Virus record (IMG/VR): IMGVR_UViG_3300032301_000880
Coordinates: 1 to 59,452 of that record
Length of the DNA stretch: 59,452 nucleotides
Direction: 5' to 3' (one strand)
Source: a virus
Taxonomy: Duplodnaviria; Caudoviricetes
The translations under genes were made by a program, and so were the position numbers. This document shows positions 10,717-21,108 of the stretch, one piece after another. Every line of letters starts with the position of its first letter. Position 1 is the first letter of the stretch. The notes under the pieces were generated by a model that saw only the letters and a program-made list of their open reading frames with translations, made no database searches and was not told where the DNA came from.

Positions 10717-11283
10717 TCATTTCACAATCCCCTCTGGTGCTGGTGCTACATAATACAGCCCTATTGACCTAAAGTAAAGGTACAGCCGCCTTCTTACTTC
10801 TTGCCCTTCTACTAACTCATACAGGGTGTAATCAAATGGACTGTCTTTCCTTGCCTTACGCAACATCTTCCTATTCATAGCCAGCGTAATCCCTTTCCGG
10901 TCTACTTCTAAAAGTATTGCCGTTTGTGTTACCGATGCTCCATAAACATACAGCATCGCCTCATACAGCAACAGTCTTGCGAAAACTATTTCTGCCGTTC
11001 GCTTATTGGTATCTAATATGTCAAACCGACTAAGCCCCGTAACCTCTTCTACTGCCTGTTTAATAACATCCGCAGCATCATACGGAACCATATTCCGAAT
11101 CCATTCATTGACCATAGGAATATCTTCCTCATGGTTAGGGACGTGCAAATGACACACCAGCCCCGTTTCCTTATACAAGAAAACCATGAAGTCAAATATC
11201 CTTGCCCTTAATGCTTCAGATAGCTCCCTGCCACTTATCTGGCTAATTGCAAAGTTTTGTATCTTCTTGGGTACTCGAAACAT
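10717..11283 (-). CDS. DnaA C-terminal (domain IV)-like HTH DNA-binding protein
   Basis: VIKQAVEEVTGLSRFDILDTNKRTAEIVFARLLLY...SVTQTAILLEVDRKGI resembles the DnaA domain IV pattern. Confidence 0.55.
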   Translation of the reverse strand: MFRVPKKIQNFAISQISGRELSEALRARIFDFMVFLYKETGLVCHLHVPNHEEDIPMVNEWIRNMVPYDAADVIKQAVEEVTGLSRFDILDTNKRTAEIVFARLLLYEAMLYVYGASVTQTAILLEVDRKGITLAMNRKMLRKARKDSPFDYTLYELVEGQEVRRRLYLYFRSIGLYYVAPAPEGIVK

Positions 11284-11644
11284 TACTTAGTAATTTGATT
11301 TGAGCCTCAATGGACAAGCGAACTCTTCTTATTTCGTTCTCCCTGCCCTCTAAGGATTTGACGTACTTCTGTAACTCCTTCACATCGGAGGATACGTAGT
11401 AACCAGAAGAAGTTGCCATAAGGTTAGTGATTAGTCCGTGCTTGCGGATGTAGTTGATTAGCTTTCTAACCGCCGTCTGATTTAATAAAATGCCGGTTTT
11501 GGGGAACAAATATCTTATAATGATTTCGTTCCGTACCGCATTCTGCTTCCCCTTAGCCTTCTGCAAATATTCCACCATAGGGGTAAGTACAGAAAACTCC
11601 CGTTCAGTTAAGGGTTTCGTTTCCTTTTCAAAGCCTTCCAGCAT
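11243..11644 (-). CDS. Winged-helix DNA-binding protein
   Basis: NAVRNEII...LNQTAVRKLINYIRKHG...ATSSGYY, a wHTH pattern followed by a coiled coil. Confidence 0.6.
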   Translation of the reverse strand: MLEGFEKETKPLTEREFSVLTPMVEYLQKAKGKQNAVRNEIIIRYLFPKTGILLNQTAVRKLINYIRKHGLITNLMATSSGYYVSSDVKELQKYVKSLEGRENEIRRVRLSIEAQIKLLSNVSSTQEDTKLCN

Positions 11645-11684
11645 ATTGTTAAATTAGTTTTGTTATCTTTTACGATACCGCCCC

Positions 11685-11906
11685 CTATTTTGTTGCATCG
11701 CTGGCATCCATAGTGTACTCAATTCTAACTACATCTTTTATTTGTTTGCCAAAAGCTAACACTTCTTTTTCAATATGATAACTAACCCATTTAAACTCTT
11801 CGGCAATGCTTAGATTTTTGTATTCAGATGATGCGCTTCCGTTGCTTTCAAAAAAAGACCCATCGCTAAAAATCACCTTGTATCTGTTGTCTGATTTGTA
11901 TGCCAC
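11685..11906 (-). CDS. Hypothetical protein
   Basis: 73-aa ORF downstream of a promoter and a hairpin leader. Confidence 0.55.
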   Translation of the reverse strand: MAYKSDNRYKVIFSDGSFFESNGSASSEYKNLSIAEEFKWVSYHIEKEVLAFGKQIKDVVRIEYTMDASDATK

Positions 11907-11940
11907 CTTCTTGTTCTATTTGTTTACGAACTATAAACAA

Positions 11941-12023
11941 GTAGCGCAGAAATCTGACTTAGGTTTTTGGACATTTCCCTTTCGGCATATGCCTCGCTCA
12001 ACCATATCAGTTCCTTGCGCTAC
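11941..12023 (-). ncRNA. Putative structured 5' leader (83-nt hairpin with GAAA tetraloop)
   Basis: GTAGCGCA...TGCGCTAC closing stem, with inner CTGA/TCAG, GGTT/AACC and CC-GAAA-GG helices on the minus strand. Confidence 0.45.
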
Positions 12024-12095
12024 AAAGATTATAATACGTAAACATTACAAAAACGTTACAAAAACCTGCAAAAGATTAAAATGGTCGGCGGTTTC

Positions 12096-12812
12096 CTAAA
12101 TAAAGGAAGCGTAGTACGCCTGCATATTTGTTTTCTCAAACTTATCCATCTGCTGACTTCTTCTTATTGCCTTAAACCATTCTCCATCTATATCATCTTG
12201 TACGTGCTTCATAGCTTCTCCGTACACCATCCTTAATCCTGGATTTTTTCCAAAATCAGCTAATGTAGGTACTGCATTATATACTACCCACCACTTAACC
12301 GCTTGCCTTGCAAACAAAGGAACTATTGGGCAGTCTATTAAATCAGTAAGCACTCCATGATAAATTAGTTTATAATAATCATACGTTACCAATACGTGTT
12401 CGTTGAAGTGAATACCCCCACTATAAATATTGGCGTAAGGTAAATTTCCCTCAAAGTAAGTGTTCCTTCTTTCCATTGTCCCCTTACCATTATTTCGGGG
12501 GCTGTCATTGAAATTCCTTTTCCATCCCACCGGAACAAAGTGGGTAGTGTCGCAACACTCTCCTATAAAAGCATACAGTTCCCGAACACTAATGCAACCG
12601 TTGGGTAATGGATACGGGTTCTTAGGCTCGGCTCCTAAACTCTGTATCTCCGTGTGAAGCATATACAAAGTGTCGAATCCTAACTCCTGTAATGCCTGCT
12701 CTACTTGAGAACGGTACCATCCGGGAGTATTCTGAATCATTTCCCTATCCTGAATTAAGGATAAAGCATCCGATAAAATATCATTGGGGGTTACGAAGGA
12801 GTTGTGATTCAT
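12096..12812 (-). CDS. Tail ring / head-tail adaptor protein
   Basis: 238 aa with an N-terminal helix pair, PYPLPNGCISV and LIYHG...PIVP, typical of P22 gp4/crAss ring proteins. Located after the capsid genes. Confidence 0.6.
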   Translation of the reverse strand: MNHNSFVTPNDILSDALSLIQDREMIQNTPGWYRSQVEQALQELGFDTLYMLHTEIQSLGAEPKNPYPLPNGCISVRELYAFIGECCDTTHFVPVGWKRNFNDSPRNNGKGTMERRNTYFEGNLPYANIYSGGIHFNEHVLVTYDYYKLIYHGVLTDLIDCPIVPLFARQAVKWWVVYNAVPTLADFGKNPGLRMVYGEAMKHVQDDIDGEWFKAIRRSQQMDKFEKTNMQAYYASFI

Positions 12813-12815
12813 GGC

Positions 12816-13538
12816 TTATTGACCCGCCCCCGAATTTGTTGGATTGCCCTGATCCACACTCTCAGGTAAATTTACCTGCGGTGCGCCATACCTGCCATCA
12901 TTAACCAAATCTTTTGGAATCGCTAACATAAATCTACTCATAGCACTGACCTTACGCATAACTTCCAAACATAAATCATTGCTCAGTGGCACTTCTTCAT
13001 CCAAAGAAGTTATTCCACTGAAAGAGATTGCCTCCTTAACAAACATCTCCACCGTCCTGACCTTAACCTTCTCAACACCAATCAGCATAATTTTGTCGCC
13101 AACACGCATGAAGTAAGGACTTGAAGGACTTGGCTCTTCGTGCTTATTAAATCCTAACCGGCGTACCGAATTAGGCGTTCTAACCTCAGAGAAAACAACA
13201 GTCTGGAATACCGGTTTGTTATCTGCACCTGTCATTTCCAAACCATAAGTAACCATTTCAATAGCATCAGGGGCATCAAACACCAAAAAGCCCGAAGGCA
13301 ATTGAACATACTTGCGCCCTTGCTGTAAAACAGTAGGGTCCGTTACCGTACCGTTTTGCACTGGCACGTTGACGTACTGCTTCCGGTACATTCCCGGGAC
13401 CATAAGCCCTCGCTTATACCTCAAATCATTGATGGCTACAATACACCAGTACAGTGCGTGCGCTGGCGTTATGTCCGCATCGTCATTGATTTGCTGATAG
13501 TCCGCAATAACTAAGTCAGTTAATTCTTTGTACGTCAT
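12816..13538 (-). CDS. Tail ring / adaptor protein
   Basis: MTYKELTDLV..., YVQLPS, DEEVPLSNDL and PKDLVND, the same layout as crAss ring proteins. Confidence 0.6.
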   Translation of the reverse strand: MTYKELTDLVIADYQQINDDADITPAHALYWCIVAINDLRYKRGLMVPGMYRKQYVNVPVQNGTVTDPTVLQQGRKYVQLPSGFLVFDAPDAIEMVTYGLEMTGADNKPVFQTVVFSEVRTPNSVRRLGFNKHEEPSPSSPYFMRVGDKIMLIGVEKVKVRTVEMFVKEAISFSGITSLDEEVPLSNDLCLEVMRKVSAMSRFMLAIPKDLVNDGRYGAPQVNLPESVDQGNPTNSGAGQ

Positions 13539-14278
13539 AACAAGCTCCTTAGCAACAAGTTCATTTCAGATAGGTTCACCTGAATCTCAGGGATACCATC
13601 CTCCATAGGGTAGTTAATGTACTCGTTCGCTTTCTCAAGAACAAAAGAATACAAACTATCCATGAACGGGATATCATTGGTTCCTAATGTAGCAATCGGA
13701 GTATAGCCATTCACATAAAATACCGTAACCCATTTGCCATAAGCACTTGGAGATATTTGGATCTCTCGTTCCGTACCCGTACTGTAATTCGTAGGGGGAA
13801 CATAGCCATACCTAACTGCACCACTGGGAACAGTTCCATTAAAACCGGCGGCAAAAGTATTCGTTCTGGCTATTCCCGATTCTTCCAACGTCATGCGCTT
13901 GGCAGGATCACCATCGCCTGCATACTTATACCCCGTTGCTTGGCTAACCACAGGGTTCGCTAACGCTGGAACTTGTATGCTCGGATAAACAGATCCCCCA
14001 ACATGAACTGCCGTAACTATCTCAGGGGCTATACCCGAAGCAGGACCATATACATTTACTCTGGAAAGAGCAGAGGGAATAAATACTTTAGCAAAACTCA
14101 TCTTAGCCAAAGCCTCTTCCGGAAACTTATTCTGACCGTAGCCCAAACGAATCATAGCCAAAGTATACTGACACGCCTGATTAATAGCCGGAATAAGGTT
14201 CAGCGTGGTATCGTAGTGATCCGTACCCTCCGCTGCCAACCGGCTTAATAATGCGTCTGCTATACTTTGGCTATCCAT
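13535..14278 (-). CDS. Tail ring / adaptor protein
   Basis: 247 aa with LIPAINQAC and VTVFYV...DIPFMDSLYSFVLEKA. Third paralogue in tandem. Confidence 0.55.
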   Translation of the reverse strand: MDSQSIADALLSRLAAEGTDHYDTTLNLIPAINQACQYTLAMIRLGYGQNKFPEEALAKMSFAKVFIPSALSRVNVYGPASGIAPEIVTAVHVGGSVYPSIQVPALANPVVSQATGYKYAGDGDPAKRMTLEESGIARTNTFAAGFNGTVPSGAVRYGYVPPTNYSTGTEREIQISPSAYGKWVTVFYVNGYTPIATLGTNDIPFMDSLYSFVLEKANEYINYPMEDGIPEIQVNLSEMNLLLRSLL

Positions 14279-14289
14279 CGTTTAAATCC

Positions 14290-15198
14290 TTATGCTTTTC
14301 CTGCTTTCATTTGGTTCGACAACTCTACCGCATCAAAAATGCGCTTCGTTGTAGCATCAGCAGCGTCAGCCACACGAACCTTTGACATTTCCTCGTCTAC
14401 CATCTTGGTAACAAGCATCTGCTTCATAGTTTCGATAGGCGTGTTGGCATTGAAGCCTCCCTGAATAGCCTGAGACATGATTTGGCTTTGGTTCATAGAG
14501 TCAACCAAACGGCTGAACTTAACCACAAGCAAGTCTCTGGTATTGATTTTTTCGTAAATGTTGTTCGCTGAGTTTTCAAAGAATTGGAAACCGCCCTCTG
14601 GCATATTATTGATATGCTTAGGGTGCGAACGGATGAAGTCCAGTTGCTTCTTTGACCATATCATAATGCTGGATAAGATAACTCTTTGCTCATTACGCAT
14701 CAGCACTGAAGCCCGCTTAAATCTAAGAGGCGTGTTGTAGGGGGCGTTTCTCGCTAACCCATGCTTCACATAATCAAACACTGGACCAAAGCCTACTTGG
14801 AAAACGGTTACAGGCTCGTCCAATAAGTCGTCAGTTTCCTTCAGGAAGTCCGCTTCAACATCAACGTAGGAACGGGTTTGAACCGCCTTCTCGCCATTGT
14901 TTAAACTATGGAATAAGTCCTTCATGGAAGCAACAAGTTGTTCCATGCCAGCGTTCTCCTTAGTAACGCTTTTGTTTGCTTCAGAGGTAGGAATCGTAGC
15001 CAAGTGTTTGGCTATCGTTTCTTGAAGCCGCTTGTCAACAGCAGCATTAAAATCGTCCTCAGTAAGAAAGAAACCGCCCTCTTTTTTATTCAATTCGGGG
15101 TTTTTGGGATTCGGAATCGAAGAAGGATTTGAAGTGGGAGTATCGCCAAACGGGTTATCGCCGCTTGCATCTGGTGTAAGTCCTGTACTTTTTGCCAT
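14290..15198 (-). CDS. Hypothetical protein of the head module
   Basis: 302 aa immediately after the MCP, with its own TACTTTTG promoter. Confidence 0.55.
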   Translation of the reverse strand: MAKSTGLTPDASGDNPFGDTPTSNPSSIPNPKNPELNKKEGGFFLTEDDFNAAVDKRLQETIAKHLATIPTSEANKSVTKENAGMEQLVASMKDLFHSLNNGEKAVQTRSYVDVEADFLKETDDLLDEPVTVFQVGFGPVFDYVKHGLARNAPYNTPLRFKRASVLMRNEQRVILSSIMIWSKKQLDFIRSHPKHINNMPEGGFQFFENSANNIYEKINTRDLLVVKFSRLVDSMNQSQIMSQAIQGGFNANTPIETMKQMLVTKMVDEEMSKVRVADAADATTKRIFDAVELSNQMKAGKA

Positions 15199-15220
15199 AA
15201 ACTTTTTTCAAAAGTATAAA

Positions 15221-15255
15221 AAAACCGCCATTTGAAAAAATCAAGTGGCGGTTTT
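15221..15255 (-). terminator. Intrinsic terminator after the major capsid gene
   Basis: AAAACCGCCATTTGA-AAAAA-TCAAGTGGCGGTTTT inverted repeat with flanking T/A tracts. Confidence 0.8.
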
Positions 15256-15273
15256 CTTCATGATTAAGATTTG

Positions 15274-16584
15274 TTAGTTTACAAAAATCGCACCCATAGC
15301 TAACGGGTTATTGATTTTGAATCCAATAGAACCTTCCAACCAGTTCACTTCCCAGTTCTGCAAGTTGGAATCGCCTTGCAATCTGGTTAATGTTTTACCT
15401 GAGTTGAACGGATACGCACCAAAGTACACTGGACGAATATTCTTCATATCCATCAGGAATGCAGCATTAGCAAAGGACTGAGGGAAACAGCTATTGTCGG
15501 AGAAACGCTTCATCGGCGCAAACACAACTTTAGAACTTCCCAAGTTTACTTGGCTTAACTCCATGTCCGCAACACGGTCATTTGGTTGGTAACGTAACAA
15601 GTTGCCCTTATACTCTTTTGACAACAGCGTTGCCAAAGAAGGCGTTAAGAACAATGGACGTGTAGCCCCGTATGGCCCGTACTCCGTTTCTGTAACCATC
15701 TGCTCGAACATATTGACGAAATTCGCCAACGTGGTGTTCTGAACAAATGATCCAGCGTTTGTCATTGCAGGGTAAACCCCACCAGTAGTCTTAGCCACAC
15801 CATCGGTGCTGACAATTGACGCACCAGTAGAAGCTAATTGAACCTGCCCCTTTTGTCCATTCCAGAACAAGTTGCCTACGTCCTTACGCAATTCCAGTAA
15901 GTTTCTGTCCAATTGCTCTTGGTAATAACCTGGCAAATAGGAGTTGTTTTGAAACTTGTACTGTTCTGCACGGGAGAAACGTGTCGCACGGGAGAAGATT
16001 TGACAGTAGTTAGTACGTCTTACCGTGTCTTGACGGAAATAAGTACTAATGTAGTTCAATCCATCAGCAGATACGTTTGATAGTAACGCCAATGTGTCGT
16101 TTGCAACAACCGCAGGTAAAGCCGGAGCAGGAGCCGTCATTTGCTTTACTTTGATAGTCGTTGCGTTGGTGATCTCATACACTACCCCAATGGTGCCATT
16201 AGGATAAAGTACTTGATAGTCCACAGATACTACGCTCGAATCCGATACCGTCAATGTTTGAGTTGTGCCAACACCCGTATTAGCCGTAATGGTAATAGCA
16301 GTTCTGGATTCTCCCATTTCGTAGAACTCAAATTCGTCTGATTTACACAGTTCAGGCATACCGCCCATTTCAAGGAATTTTAAATCCGAGAACTGTTGAT
16401 CGCTTGCGTCAAAGATGGTGCTGTACACCATTCTCTCAAGGAATGGTACTTCATATCCTTGATTGTACGTGTCCGCATAGCCCCCTGAAGGACCATAAGG
16501 ATTCATGTTTTTGTTCTGATACGCACTCGCATCCGCCGTTGAAGGGCCTATCGAAGGTGGCGTATAATTGTCTGTCAATGCCAC
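15274..16584 (-). CDS. Major capsid protein (HK97 fold)
   Basis: 436 aa (GTG start) with RRTNYCQIFSRATRFS, LELRKDVGNLFWNGQK, KTTGGV and a terminal INNPLAMGAIF. Follows portal and scaffold, and is followed by a strong terminator. Confidence 0.85.
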   Translation of the reverse strand: MALTDNYTPPSIGPSTADASAYQNKNMNPYGPSGGYADTYNQGYEVPFLERMVYSTIFDASDQQFSDLKFLEMGGMPELCKSDEFEFYEMGESRTAITITANTGVGTTQTLTVSDSSVVSVDYQVLYPNGTIGVVYEITNATTIKVKQMTAPAPALPAVVANDTLALLSNVSADGLNYISTYFRQDTVRRTNYCQIFSRATRFSRAEQYKFQNNSYLPGYYQEQLDRNLLELRKDVGNLFWNGQKGQVQLASTGASIVSTDGVAKTTGGVYPAMTNAGSFVQNTTLANFVNMFEQMVTETEYGPYGATRPLFLTPSLATLLSKEYKGNLLRYQPNDRVADMELSQVNLGSSKVVFAPMKRFSDNSCFPQSFANAAFLMDMKNIRPVYFGAYPFNSGKTLTRLQGDSNLQNWEVNWLEGSIGFKINNPLAMGAIFVN

Positions 16585-16631
16585 TGAAAACTCGCTTTCT
16601 TTATTTTAGTTTAGATTACTGACTTTTTTAC

Positions 16632-17933
16632 TTAGGACTTAGGCTGAGGTTTGCTGGCGTAAGGGTCTTTGCTACCATGAACCATACGGTTATAATTATC
16701 AGCCGCATATTGTTCCTGCGGATTTAGCCTTTGCTCCTGACCCGGAAGGGGCTTCGGATTACCTGCATTGCCCGTAACAACTGGTGCTGCTGGTAGTTGA
16801 ATCTTATACCTCTGAAGCACTTCGCTTTCGATACGCTTCGATAGCTGCGCTTCCATAACTTTCAACTGCTCAACACCCCCTCTGGCTAATGCCAAACGCT
16901 CTAAAGCATCTGGCCTTGGCATACCCTTTTCATCAAAGAACATAGCCACAACCTCATTAGCGTTCTTAATCATCCCCGTAACTTTTTGCACTTCCGTATC
17001 TGGGAACCCAGGTAACGAACTGCGCAATCTGCCCTGCGCTACTTCTACATTTCTGGCATACTCGGCTTGCTTAATTTGACCTTGGTGCGCCTCAATTTCT
17101 TTTGTCGCCAAAACCTTTTCTCGCTTACCCTCGTATCTATCCTTTAATGTAGCCACTCGCATATCATAGGATGATGGATCGCTTTCCTGCAACAAAGATA
17201 ATTCATTTTGTTGTTCCTCCGTTAAAAAAGTTTTAACGACATTGGACAAGTCTTGCTTGTCAAATGGGAGGGCAAAATCAATCGTTCCTGCATTGGTGAA
17301 AACCGACCTCCAACTGTCTGCTGGAGCTTCGCCTGTCATGCTTTGTAAGAACTTATAGTTCGCTTCCTTTAGTTCAGTAGGTAAGCTCTCGTAGAAAGCT
17401 AAGGTAGCGTCAAGCTGGTTCTTAGCTTCCTTTAAGGTAGGCATCTCTGCCTTCCATTGGGAAACGTTTTGGGCTATTCCTATTAAGTCGTTTGGATTCT
17501 CAACTTGGAATCCCGCCGACCTAAATGTTGAAAGTGCCTGATCCATATTTTCAATAGCCGTAGGGAACTCAACCGGTTTGTTCGCCGGAGCAGCAAACCA
17601 TGAAGTAGGTTCTTCTGCTGAAGGAATTGCCGGAGCTGGCGGGTTTTGTGCTATAACTGGTTCTGGTACTGGATTAGGTTGTGAAGCCAGTGCTGGTTGT
17701 GGAGGCTGTTTTGGCTGTGGTTGGGGAACAGGTGGTGGTGGTGCTTGCCGAGAAACAAATGCCTCGTACTCTTTTCCAAAACTGGACTTAAATGTATTAA
17801 TATCCAGTTTCATTAAATCTTTGGCCAACTCCTGAGACCGTTGCGGCCCCAAATCAGATGCCCGTGTCTGCAACACCGAATTGTTGCTTATTGTGAAATT
17901 TACTAATTGTTCACTTACTACTTCTGCTTCCAT
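16632..17933 (-). CDS. Capsid scaffolding protein
   Basis: Pro/Gln-rich and coiled-coil, between portal and MCP. Confidence 0.65.
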   Translation of the reverse strand: MEAEVVSEQLVNFTISNNSVLQTRASDLGPQRSQELAKDLMKLDINTFKSSFGKEYEAFVSRQAPPPPVPQPQPKQPPQPALASQPNPVPEPVIAQNPPAPAIPSAEEPTSWFAAPANKPVEFPTAIENMDQALSTFRSAGFQVENPNDLIGIAQNVSQWKAEMPTLKEAKNQLDATLAFYESLPTELKEANYKFLQSMTGEAPADSWRSVFTNAGTIDFALPFDKQDLSNVVKTFLTEEQQNELSLLQESDPSSYDMRVATLKDRYEGKREKVLATKEIEAHQGQIKQAEYARNVEVAQGRLRSSLPGFPDTEVQKVTGMIKNANEVVAMFFDEKGMPRPDALERLALARGGVEQLKVMEAQLSKRIESEVLQRYKIQLPAAPVVTGNAGNPKPLPGQEQRLNPQEQYAADNYNRMVHGSKDPYASKPQPKS

Positions 17934-17942
17934 TATTTAGTT

Positions 17943-20270
17943 TTAAGTTGTACTACCTTCTTTATCTTCTAACGACGCTTCCAAAATTGCCATGCGTTCC
18001 TCTACCAGAATTTTTAATTCCGCCGCCAGTTTATCCAGTTCTGCCTTATTGACAGCCCTTGCATTCACCATTTCTATCTTGGCGTTGTCCTTCTGCATCT
18101 GATTAACTCTTGCCTCAATCCTGTCTCTTTCTTTCTCCTGCAATGCTAACCCTACCATCTGCTCTTCTTTAGCCTGAGCCTGAGCCATACCCTGTTGCGA
18201 GGCAGCGTTGGTTTGCATAATGGCTTGCTTCTCCGCTTCGAGCATCCGTAACATATCCCGTTTTAAAGCATCCAAATCATCAGACTGGAAATTTAAAATG
18301 AATGTTTCTTTATCAATAATCCCCTTTTCATACAAAAGGTTAGTTATCTGAAAAACGATTTGCTTACGGACTTCCTTAACATTATCCTGAACTACATTGA
18401 TCCTAAAGTAATCCAACATAGCATCCTTGCTAATCTTTATAGCCCGCAATCCGGTATCCCCTACTTTAATTACCAACGATTTATCGTAGTAGGAATACAT
18501 ATTTTTGCCTATGTCCGCTAAGGATTTATATACCCCCAACATACAACTGCGTAGTGCGTCGTAATACGGTTCCTGGATTAACGTTCCTCTTTGAACCAAC
18601 AACTGAATAACGCCCAACATAGGTGCGCCTCCATTAGCCATATCCATTAAAGGATCGTTAATACCTACATAGTTATTGGCTAACGCCTGCAATTCTCCAG
18701 CGGAACGTAGAATATTAAATGTCGCTTCATTGATACCAAAATTATATGGCATCATCATATTGCCTATCCCATGCCTCTTAGCCTTCAGGCCAATAGGATA
18801 ACCTGATTTTATCTTCTCATACATACTGGCTTCGGATTCGTCCTTGTCTCCATCCAAAGCCGTTTCGTCATAAGCCAAACCAGAACCACCAGCCGTTGAC
18901 AAGTGGTTCTCAAATACGGATAAGGCCCTATTTGTTAGCCTATTGATATCTACTGCATCATATAAAGGGACGGAAATACTGCCCTGATTCCACCACCAAC
19001 AAGAAATACTGTAAGGGTTAGTCATAGTATAACCGCCCTCAGCATCCTTGGAAACAAAAGGAAATTCCCCGTAATCCAGAACAATATCCGGAACTACCAA
19101 AGGATTTACCTTAACCATTAACTTAGGATCTCCCACCAACTCATACGGGATAAATTTGGTGTACCTCAGTGTGCGTGGATACGCAAATCCACTATTAGCA
19201 ATAGCCCCTTCCGGAGCTGCTACAATCTTAACTTCTTTTAATTCTGAGTTGGCCTTAGCGTAAGCAAGAAGGTTCACGAACTGTGGTTCGCCATTAACAT
19301 CTACCCAGGCAAACTCTTCTTCGTCATTGTCAAACCATACCATCTGAACAACTGGAACTCTTTCCTGTTTGTCCTTGATAGCATTGACAGGGTTGTATCC
19401 CCCATTATAGAAATAACTATCACTGGCCCCCGAATTTAAGGCATTGTTATTAATCGCCTGCTGCATTGCCTCAAGGCTATGGGCCGCCGTTTTCGGGAAC
19501 AAGGCTTTAATCTGCTGAGGCGTATAGTATTCTATATGGCCTAAAAAAGCCGCATCCCGCATATCGGAATAAATGGCATTGTGGTCAAATAACACATTAG
19601 CGTATGGAATAACCGATACCTCTAACTTGCCTCCATATAAGTTGAAGTTATTAATTACCGCAGCGGAAACGCCCCCGATAACTAAGTTTTCTCCCAACAG
19701 TTTCTTTATCGTACCATTGATATCATTCTCTATCTTTAATGATTCTAACAAATAATTAATACTCTTGACTAAAGCATCTTGGTAATTTTCATAAAATTCT
19801 TTAACCCCTTGCTCCTGCTCCTGTGGAATACCCATACCCGCAGCCATTTGCCCCTGCATATCTTTAGGCATCTGATTAAGAAAATCATAACTCGCAAGCA
19901 GTTCCGTTAAGTCCATCTGCTGACGGATAACGGCACGTTGGCTATAAGCCTCCGCCTTAGCATCGAAGTTCATTCGAGCAACATTGCCCCTGAACTGCTG
20001 CGCCATTTGCTCTATAATATTTTTTGTCAGCTTCAAACGTGGGGTCTTACGCCCATCATTCAAGAATACCTGAGCATCCTCCGGATGTTCCCACTGCTGA
20101 TACCGTAAGAAGAACTCAATCTGATTAGCCATCACCAACCAAGCGGCTCTCCGAACATCGTTCAAAGAGATATAAGCGTAATACCTTGCACAATTAACAT
20201 AGTAAGACACATCCTTATTGCTTGTAAAAGGAGAAGGTCTAAATCCTGGAAATTGTAGAGTAGTATTCAC
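17943..20270 (-). CDS. Portal protein (podovirus type with long C-terminal barrel)
   Basis: 775 aa with KNIIEQMAQQFRG, VLFDHNA, LANNYVGINDPL and a Gln/Glu-rich coiled-coil C-terminus. Confidence 0.8.
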   Translation of the reverse strand: MNTTLQFPGFRPSPFTSNKDVSYYVNCARYYAYISLNDVRRAAWLVMANQIEFFLRYQQWEHPEDAQVFLNDGRKTPRLKLTKNIIEQMAQQFRGNVARMNFDAKAEAYSQRAVIRQQMDLTELLASYDFLNQMPKDMQGQMAAGMGIPQEQEQGVKEFYENYQDALVKSINYLLESLKIENDINGTIKKLLGENLVIGGVSAAVINNFNLYGGKLEVSVIPYANVLFDHNAIYSDMRDAAFLGHIEYYTPQQIKALFPKTAAHSLEAMQQAINNNALNSGASDSYFYNGGYNPVNAIKDKQERVPVVQMVWFDNDEEEFAWVDVNGEPQFVNLLAYAKANSELKEVKIVAAPEGAIANSGFAYPRTLRYTKFIPYELVGDPKLMVKVNPLVVPDIVLDYGEFPFVSKDAEGGYTMTNPYSISCWWWNQGSISVPLYDAVDINRLTNRALSVFENHLSTAGGSGLAYDETALDGDKDESEASMYEKIKSGYPIGLKAKRHGIGNMMMPYNFGINEATFNILRSAGELQALANNYVGINDPLMDMANGGAPMLGVIQLLVQRGTLIQEPYYDALRSCMLGVYKSLADIGKNMYSYYDKSLVIKVGDTGLRAIKISKDAMLDYFRINVVQDNVKEVRKQIVFQITNLLYEKGIIDKETFILNFQSDDLDALKRDMLRMLEAEKQAIMQTNAASQQGMAQAQAKEEQMVGLALQEKERDRIEARVNQMQKDNAKIEMVNARAVNKAELDKLAAELKILVEERMAILEASLEDKEGSTT

Positions 20271-20923
20271 GAACCGATTAACCCTTGGTATAACATAGCA
20301 GCAACAGTATTGAAGTCCACACGAGAATCAATAGCAGGGAAGCCAGTAATTAATGGCTTGGCATATAAGTAATCATCGCCCCAAATAATATCAGCGTTGG
20401 TGCCCTGAGAGAAGAAAGTGTCTAAGCCAATGCTTAGAAGAAATCTGTCAACAGTAGTTGTAGCAGAACCGGCTAAGGTAGTGTACCATGTAGAATCTGC
20501 GCCTGCAAAAGAAAGAGCAAGCCCTGATAACCTCCAATAAGCAGCCGTTTTAAAGAAGTCGAATTTATATACCGCCCCCGATTTTGTTCGGATGCCCATA
20601 TAGCACTGCGCAATAGGATTCGCCTGCGTAACCGTACCCAGACCCATAAATACCACATCGGTAATATCGGTTCTGCGAATGGCTGCAAAAGAAATTACAT
20701 TGTCCCAATTGATAGGATCAGGGAAATATCTGTTCCCAGAACCGTCTTCGCCCATTACGGCGTTGCGCTCCAAACCGAAAAGCACATAGTCAGATAACTG
20801 CAAAGCGTTACCATAGATAACGCCATCATCAGGAAACACCTTTGAGAAGTCAGAGGTAGCCCCCGACATATTCGTGCCTCTGGCTGGCGCAATCAGCAAG
20901 TATGCGTCTACCAAATCAGGCAT
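20267..20923 (-). CDS. Putative structural protein (paralogue of the N-terminal domain of 21109-22194)
   Basis: Shares RR(T/S)DI(T/V)D(V/I) and a downstream K/L-S-x-G...D(F/W) pattern with 21109-22194. Confidence 0.5.
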   Translation of the reverse strand: MPDLVDAYLLIAPARGTNMSGATSDFSKVFPDDGVIYGNALQLSDYVLFGLERNAVMGEDGSGNRYFPDPINWDNVISFAAIRRTDITDVVFMGLGTVTQANPIAQCYMGIRTKSGAVYKFDFFKTAAYWRLSGLALSFAGADSTWYTTLAGSATTTVDRFLLSIGLDTFFSQGTNADIIWGDDYLYAKPLITGFPAIDSRVDFNTVAAMLYQGLIGS

Positions 20924-21107
20924 TATCCGCTTCCTCCATAGAATCCTGAGCCAACTGCCGAAGGCTTATTTCTTCTCCTTGGTGCTGTTCGTTGTATCTA
21001 AAAACCCGACATTCAACATTAGTGTTGGCGGCTTCCAAAGCCTCAGTTGCAGTATTGATATACTGCTGTCCATTAGTCAAGTCGTGTGTTGAAACTCCGT
21101 AGTACAT
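20916..21107 (-). CDS. Hypothetical protein
   Basis: 63-aa ORF coupled to both neighbours. Confidence 0.5.
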   Translation of the reverse strand: MYYGVSTHDLTNGQQYINTATEALEAANTNVECRVFRYNEQHQGEEISLRQLAQDSMEEADNA

Positions 21108-21108
21108 A

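Noticed and set aside
1047-21092. Numerous plus-strand ORFs in the ORF track
   Set aside because: They are antisense shadows of long minus-strand structural genes, with no recognisable motifs.
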